In this document: in pieces, positions 37,754-43,777 of the stretch
Position numbering within the stretch: the first letter of the stretch is position 1
How the letters are laid out: each line of letters opens with the position of its first letter
Source: Octopus sinensis
Lineage: Eukaryota
Assembly: GCF_006345805.1 (NCBI RefSeq)
Contig: NW_021834198.1
Coordinates: forward strand, 1 to 43,777
Length of the DNA: 43,777 nucleotides
Direction of reading: 5' to 3'
The notes under the pieces: generated by a model
Seen by the model: the letters and a program-made list of their open reading frames with translations, nothing else
Told to the model about the DNA's origin: nothing
The model's database searches: none
Program-made: the position numbers and the translations under genes

Positions 37754-38370
37754 TTACGTACCTATATCCATACTTCCAAAACTCCCAGCACCGAATTACA
37801 GAAATTAATTCCTTTATAATAAATTCATGAGACTTTTCTTTGTTCTCCATTTTAGTATTGGCTTCAATTGCCGTTATTTCTTCAAGTGAATCAGCACTCG
37901 CCCACTCTTTCACACACACACACACACACTCTCTCTCTCTTTCTCTTCTTTTTCTATATATGTGTGTGTGTGTGTGTTTGTGTTTGTGAGGTAACCAGGA
38001 TTGAAAATCCATGCAGCCTTTTACTCAACCGTTTCATAAGATATCAATGTGTGTGACGTCTGCAATCGTGTGTGGCTATATAAACTTGAAATTACCATAC
38101 ACACACACGCACACACACACGTACGCATGGTCGCACCCACGCATACGCTTACACCCAACTACATATTTCTATTCCAGATTTCGTATCTTTTTTTTTATGA
38201 GAAAAAAATTATAAAGAACAAAATACACGTGTGTAAGCATGTGTGTACATGTGTATGCGTGCGTGTGTATTTGTATTACTATCTTAATAATTTATCCTCA
38301 TACACACACATATATAGATGCATGTATGTGTGAGTATGTGTGTGTATATATATATATATATATATAATTT

Positions 38371-38662
38371 TGTGAAATAGAAAGATGAATAATCTTGTTG
38401 CAGATTAATCAAAAGTTTAACCGATACCTTGGTAGGCAAAAATCACAGCAGAAGACAGCACGGTTGGGGGTACAACCATATGGTGTTGCGACCGTGCGTT
38501 GGTGCGGATAATTGAATTATAATTATTATTAGTGATTGAAGAATGGAGTTGAACGAAGATTGAACAGAAATCGTTTTTTATTTCATTCTACACGTGTAGA
38601 ATGAAATAAAACGATTTCTGTTCAATCTTCGTTCAACTCCATTTCTTCAATTCACTAATAAT
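38371..38662 (-). mobile_element. Second copy of the 855-1386 family, folded back at the hammerhead stem III palindrome
   Basis: Homologous to 855-1080. Imperfect hairpin about 38524-38662 centred on ctacac|gtgtag (38593/38594). Confidence 0.85.
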
Positions 38663-38703
38663 ATATTATTATATATATATATATATTATATATATATTAT
38701 ATA

Positions 38704-38753
<50 letters not shown>

Positions 38754-38800
38754 GTGTATATATATATATATATATATGTGTATATATATATATATATAAT

Positions 38801-38917
38801 ATCACGTGACTGACCAGACCATCAGATGTTTGCTACAACAAAATCGCTGGTCACAATGCATTTGCATTGTTTTAGCCTTCGAATGACGCCACCCCGCTGG
38901 CTAAGCGAGCAGGCCAA
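38801..38917 (-). mobile_element. About 120-bp mini-element, copy 2
   Basis: Reverse-complement homolog of 29618-29737. Confidence 0.8.
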
Positions 38918-39080
38918 GAGAAGAAAGAGTGAAAGAAAGAGTGGTGAAAGAGTACAGCAGGGATCACCACCATCCCCTGCCGGAGACTCGTGGAGCTTTT
39001 AGGTGTTTTCGGTCTGGGAATTGAAAACCACGATCCTACGACCGCGATGTCCGCTGCCCTAACCACTGGGCCATTGCGCC
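38918..39080 (-). mobile_element. SINE family C, 5' part
   Basis: ggcgcaatggcccagtggttagggcagcgg head (A box) and ggttttcaattccc (B box). Confidence 0.88.
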
Positions 39081-39144
39081 TCCTATTTATCTGTCTATCT
39101 ATATCTATATATATTATATATATATATAATATCTATATATATAT

Positions 39145-39195
<51 letters not shown>

Positions 39196-39233
39196 ATATA
39201 TGTAATTATAATATATATATATATTATATATAT

Positions 39234-39277
<44 letters not shown>

Positions 39278-39364
39278 ATATATTATATATATATATACTA
39301 GCTGAAGGTGACCCGCTCTACGCGCGGGTAAGAGTGTGGTTGTTACTTTCTGTTTTGCTGCTTC

Positions 39365-39690
39365 CTTTCAGCACGTAAAAAGCACCAACCGAACGTGGCG
39401 GATTGCAGCGCCGCCTTGACTGGCTTCTGTGCTGGTGGCACGTAAAAAGCACCAACCGATCGTGGCCGCTGCCAGCCCCCCCCTGGCACCTGTGCAGGCG
39501 GCACGAAAAAAGCACCCACTACGCTCACAGAGTGGTTGGCGTTAGGAAGGGCATCCACCTGTCGAAACACTGCCAGATCAGACTGGAGCCTGGTGCAGCC
39601 TCCTCCTGCTTCCAGACCCCTGTCAAACTGTCCAACCCGTGGTAGCACGAAAACGTTGAACCGATGATGATGATGATATGATGATGATTC
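39365..39690 (+). mobile_element. SINE-like retroposon 3' part with (GAT)n tail
   Basis: Three gcacgtaaaaagcacc repeats, then gtggttggcgttaggaagggcatcca..ccaacccgtggtagcacg..gatgatgatg. Confidence 0.75.
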
Positions 39691-40386
39691 TCCCTCTTTG
39701 TTTCTTTCTCCTTTCTCTCTCACTTTCCCACTCTCTTACTCTTTTCCTTTCTCTCGGACTCTCCCTCGCTTTCTCTTACTCTCTATCTTTATGTATCTCT
39801 CTCCCATTTATAAACAACAAAAGATCTTGAGTAAGTTGAGAAATAAAATATTTAGAAAGATCAATCATAAATATCAGGCAGTTACAAAGAAAGGTCTGCT
39901 TGAAGACAGACAAGCAAAACACTAACATTTAAAAGGGACAGAACGAACTTGCGAGCTGAATAAAAATAATAAAATATTGGAAACCAAAGTTTGAAGGGAT
40001 AGAATTTGAGGATAGTAGAGTCACCATGGCTGGCATTTCTTACGACGGACAGCAACGTTGACAGTTCACACGGATGGCGTAAAAGTTTGAACTTGATGTA
40101 AAAGAAAATCCCTAAAAACCACGTTTGACTTGATTCTTTCTCACGACAGTAGACTCACTCACGATGGCAAGCATTCAAAACTTGTTTCATCATGACGGCA
40201 ACACATTGACGATTAAAAGGCTGGAGCAAATTTTTTAGCTTGATGTAACAGAGAATTGCTAAACACACCCGCTCCTTTAAATTTTAATCCCCTTCCAGCC
40301 CCATTTATACCCCTCTTCACCTTTGGTTAATATAACCAACGATTTAATTTGGGTCTACTGGGGCCACATTTTATAAGATGAGGACA

Positions 40387-40580
40387 CAACCAAGTTTCCC
40401 AGTTCTGGTCATAGACCATAGAACACTCAACCAAGTTTCCCGATTTCTGGTCATAGACCATGAACAGTCAAGCAAGTTTCCCGAGTTCTGGTCATAGACC
40501 ATAGAACACTCAACCAAGTTCCCCCGAGTTCTGGTCATAGACCATAGAACACTAAACTAAGTTTCCCGATTTCTGGTCAT
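40387..40580. repeat. Minisatellite, about 4.6 copies of a 41-43 bp unit
   Basis: caaccaagtttcccgagttctggtcatagaccatagaacact; units start at 40387, 40428, 40469, 40511 and 40554. Confidence 0.95.
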
Positions 40581-41764
40581 TTGCAGAATAAACGGCGGAG
40601 GTTGGCAGACGTCGTTGCAATGTAAACATGATTTGTTTATAAGAGAAAGATTGTGTGTTGGTGGTGTTGGTGGTGGCGATGATAATTATCATTAGGAAAA
40701 ATAGTGAGTGAGTGAGGAAGACATACCTAAGTTGTGGCGATGATAATTGTAGACCCCTTTTCACATTTTGATGAAGAGAACCCGATTTCATTCGGGTGTA
40801 CTGGGGCTACATATAGGTGTGTGTGTGTGTGTGTGCACGCTGTAGAAATTTAAATTAGAGATAAAACCACTAATAGGGAAATGAAACAGTAAAAACCAAA
40901 AACAAAACATAAAAATAAAAATATAATATTAGAATATATAATATTGTGTGTGTGTGTGTGTGTGTGTGTGGTTTGACAGGTAGACAATAGAATGCGATGG
41001 CGATGGGGATGGCGAATAATATTTGGTTACTGTCCATGAACGCTGAGAGATACATGAGTAAAATGTATAGGAAGGTAAGAGATAGAGTGAGTGAAAATGT
41101 TCTTGGAAGAGAGTAACTAGCTACAGAGCGATTTGATGAAGACTTTACATTAATAACGGTAGTTGCATTGTCAAATGAGAGGAGTGACAGAGTACTGGAG
41201 AATAGGGTGAGGTAGGAAGATGGCCCCTAGCAACCACACCTTTTAAGATAGGGATTTCTAAGTAGCCACGCGCATCGTCACCTCATTCTACATGTCCCTG
41301 TAAATTTTGGATCGAATCGGACGGGATGTAGTGGCATTGAAAGCGAACCAAGCGGTAAAAACGCATTTCAGTTTTATATATAGAGATATACTTATACTCT
41401 CTCATCCACACACACACACACACACTTATACATACTCTAATACGTACTAATACATACTAATACATACTAATACATACACCAACCCATACATACGCCCGTC
41501 CACACCAATCCTACGCACTAATACTCTCTCATACGCCTTTACTCTCTCATACACACAAACACACACACCACCTCTATACATACTAATACATACACCAACC
41601 CTATACATACACACGTCCAGACCCCTCCTACGCACTATTAGCTGGTCCTTCAACCATATTATCAACCCTATTATCTCCCCTTATTTCGCTCTCGCGTCTC
41701 ATGTTTGATCTTTGACCTCTGGCCGAAATCAATCGCCATGTTGATTCGTTAGCTACTGCACGCA

Positions 41765-41940
41765 TTTTTTTCTCTCCTTCTTTCTGTGTTTTTTTTCTCT
41801 CTGTGTATCTTTCTGTTGAAGAGCGTAGCTCGAAACGTTAAAGCTGTTTTATTTATATTCTCCTGAGCGCCATACTAATACAATTGTTCGTTTGTTTTCC
41901 ACCTGCCTTCGTCTTTTGTCTATTTCATAAGCTTCCCGTT
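41765..41940 (+). mobile_element. PLE-terminus-like repeat with minimal hammerhead variant at 41809-41843
   Basis: CTTT-CTGTTGA-A-GAGC-gta-GCTC-GAAAC-GTT-AAAG; runs into (TA)n. Confidence 0.65.
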
Positions 41941-42496
41941 ATATATATATATATATATATAATATATATATATAGATATATATATATACTATTAAATATA
42001 TATATATATAATACATATATATATCATATATATGGGTCCTCTAGTGGTCATTAAACTCTGCCGTAATTTTGGGAGCTGTACTTTTGTGATCCTTTCTACC
42101 AATTCGCGTAAGAGTCCGACGGTCCCTATCTGAAAGTTTTGGTTTTCTTCCGGAGTTTTGTTTCAACGAGGAGGTTTTTCCCTCTTTCCCTTTTTCGTAG
42201 ACTAAGTTTTTAATTTAGACAAAAAAATAGCCATTGTAAATGAGTTCATCTTGATAGTGATTGGTGTTTTATTTTATCGATCTCAGACTCATGAAAGGCT
42301 AAGTTGACTTTAGCGCAATTTGAACTCAAATCGTAAAGACTCTGAAGAAACACTGCCCTTATTCGGCTGAATTCGCTGGTTGTGAATGTGGTGTTTATCT
42401 GGACGGCCAGTTTGTCAAACTGGTACCTGGCTATCAGATAACAGCTGAAATAATGCGTGTGTATCTATGTGATTGAGTCCGTGCCTATTTGTATGA

Positions 42497-42541
<45 letters not shown>

Positions 42542-43542
42542 GTCTTTATATAATCACAACTCTAAAACTATAACAGTGAAACAATATCACAATAGTAATA
42601 AGAACTTAAACAGCAAACCAACTCTGATTATTTACTTGATTTGACATTGTAGAATTTTATCCTTCAATTACTAACCTCCTACTTCACTATACTGCAAAAA
42701 AGAAAAAAAAAACACCGCATATTTCGTTCTTGCGTCAAGATTATATCATAGGACGGGTAAATATTTGACTAGCTTTGATCTTCAGGACGAATAAAATTAC
42801 TGTAGAAGTGATTATTAAGATAAAATACTTCATAAGTAGGAAATAGCTAATAAAACTATGTTCAAATTTGCTGGGAAACCTACAGCCTAGAGTAAGTAGC
42901 CTTGTATTACAGTAAAATTTAAATGGGCGTAATTAATGAATATTTGCTAGACTGTAGTTGCGGCAAACAGACAAAAGAAAACTGTTAAAAACCGAGACTT
43001 TGTTTTGTTCTTAAAGATAATCAATTCTGTCTTCTAAGCTACGAGATATATATGTTTTAGACATAAATAAACTTTGAAATTATTGATTTTCTTTCTTTTT
43101 CTTTGACGTTTCCTCATGCTGTGTTCGGTGCGTTACTAATTTTTCCAACAGTCTTTCAAACAAACACCAAAATGCAAATTAGCTCACTCTTGTCTTGGCT
43201 GACATGTTCTTAGCTTCTTTATGGCTGTGGACTTTGTTTATTCAGCATCACGGCAGCTCTGACAAAAACTCAGAAAATGTCTGAAACACACTGCGGTCGC
43301 TTGCCATCAAGCAGAAGTAATTTCAGAGTTGTTTCTACCGTCGTAGTCGTCTCCAGCGTCGTCGTCGTCTCAGCGTCAGCGTTACCGTCGTTGTTGTTAT
43401 TATTGCTGCTGCAGCATGGTCTTGGTCAGTCAATGATCTACAACTCCTAACTCTGATCAACGACGTTCCAGCTGTGACCATCTCATCTTTTGTTCGAACG
43501 TAGTATATTGTCAAAGACTACTACATTATCTCGCCGTTGTGA

Positions 43543-43687
43543 CACTCCGTCGGTTACGACGACGAGGGTTCCGGTTGATCCGGTCAACGGAACAGCCTGC
43601 TCGTGAAATTAACGTACAAGTGGCTGAGCACTCCACAGTCATGTGTTATCCTTAACGTAGTTCTCGGGAGAAATTCAGCGTGACACA
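43543..43687 (-). mobile_element. SINE family C, 3' fragment
   Basis: cactccgtcggttacgacgacgagggttcc..gtggctgagcactccac..cgtagttctcggg. Confidence 0.88.
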
Positions 43688-43736
43688 ATGCGAAATGATG
43701 TGAAACTACGCTATCTACTGATTTTTATTAGTTATG

Positions 43737-43777
43737 TATTGGGTTGTCGGAAAGTTCGTGCCGATTTTTAAAGGAAA
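43737..43777 (+). mobile_element. Possible mariner left TIR at the window edge
   Basis: TA-ttgggttgtcggaaagttcgtgccgattt resembles mariner TIR starts; the partner end would lie outside the window. Confidence 0.4.

Larger units (their letters stand above)
39298..41386 (-). mobile_element. Non-autonomous Helitron (about 2.1 kb) with internal minisatellite and nested SINE
   Basis: Minus-strand 5' end A|TCTCTATATATAAAA at 41386 with a ccgattcgatccaaaattt core; 3' hairpin acccgc-gcgtaga-gcgggt followed by CTAG|T at 39298. That both ends belong to one element is inferred. Confidence 0.65.

Noticed and set aside
37755-37905. Possible minus-strand exon ending at a GTACGT/GTAAGT donor
   Set aside because: No acceptor (it starts in a GT microsatellite). 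More likely another decayed RLE-LINE piece (IxVIxGA-like).
40387-40580. CRISPR-like array
   Set aside because: The units are contiguous with no unique spacers, there are no cas genes, and the context is eukaryotic; it is a minisatellite.

Overview
AT-rich, microsatellite-dense animal genomic DNA with no host protein-coding gene that I can support. Almost all ORFs in the track are translations of (TA)n/(CA)n/(CATA)n/(AGT)n repeats or of transposon relics. The three tRNA-headed SINE families and the overall texture look like Octopus (cephalopod) intronic or intergenic DNA; this is recognition from memory, not a search result. Transposon content: (i) many SINE copies; (ii) decayed R4/Dong-type RLE LINEs; (iii) a CR1-type LINE 3' end; (iv) a decayed hAT (Charlie/Buster) transposase; (v) mariner relics and a MITE; (vi) non-autonomous Helitrons; (vii) Penelope-like element (PLE) fragments. 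The main signal is a dense set of type I hammerhead ribozyme (HHR) motifs from several unrelated short elements, mostly next to (TA)n tracts. Intact or near-intact motifs: 1240-1319(+) with its mirror copy 1069-1148(-), 5871-5956(+), 29041-29131(-), 31468-31510(+) and 31833-31867(-). There are also core-variant motifs. Several of these elements are fold-back inverted repeats: a perfect 385-bp hairpin carrying two HHRs, a sister copy folded back exactly at the ribozyme stem III palindrome, and an inverted, circularly permuted unit of about 363 nt that resembles a retrozyme or PLE pLTR monomer. PLE-associated hammerheads are a known class. Their diversity, core variants and fold-back geometry here deserve testing.
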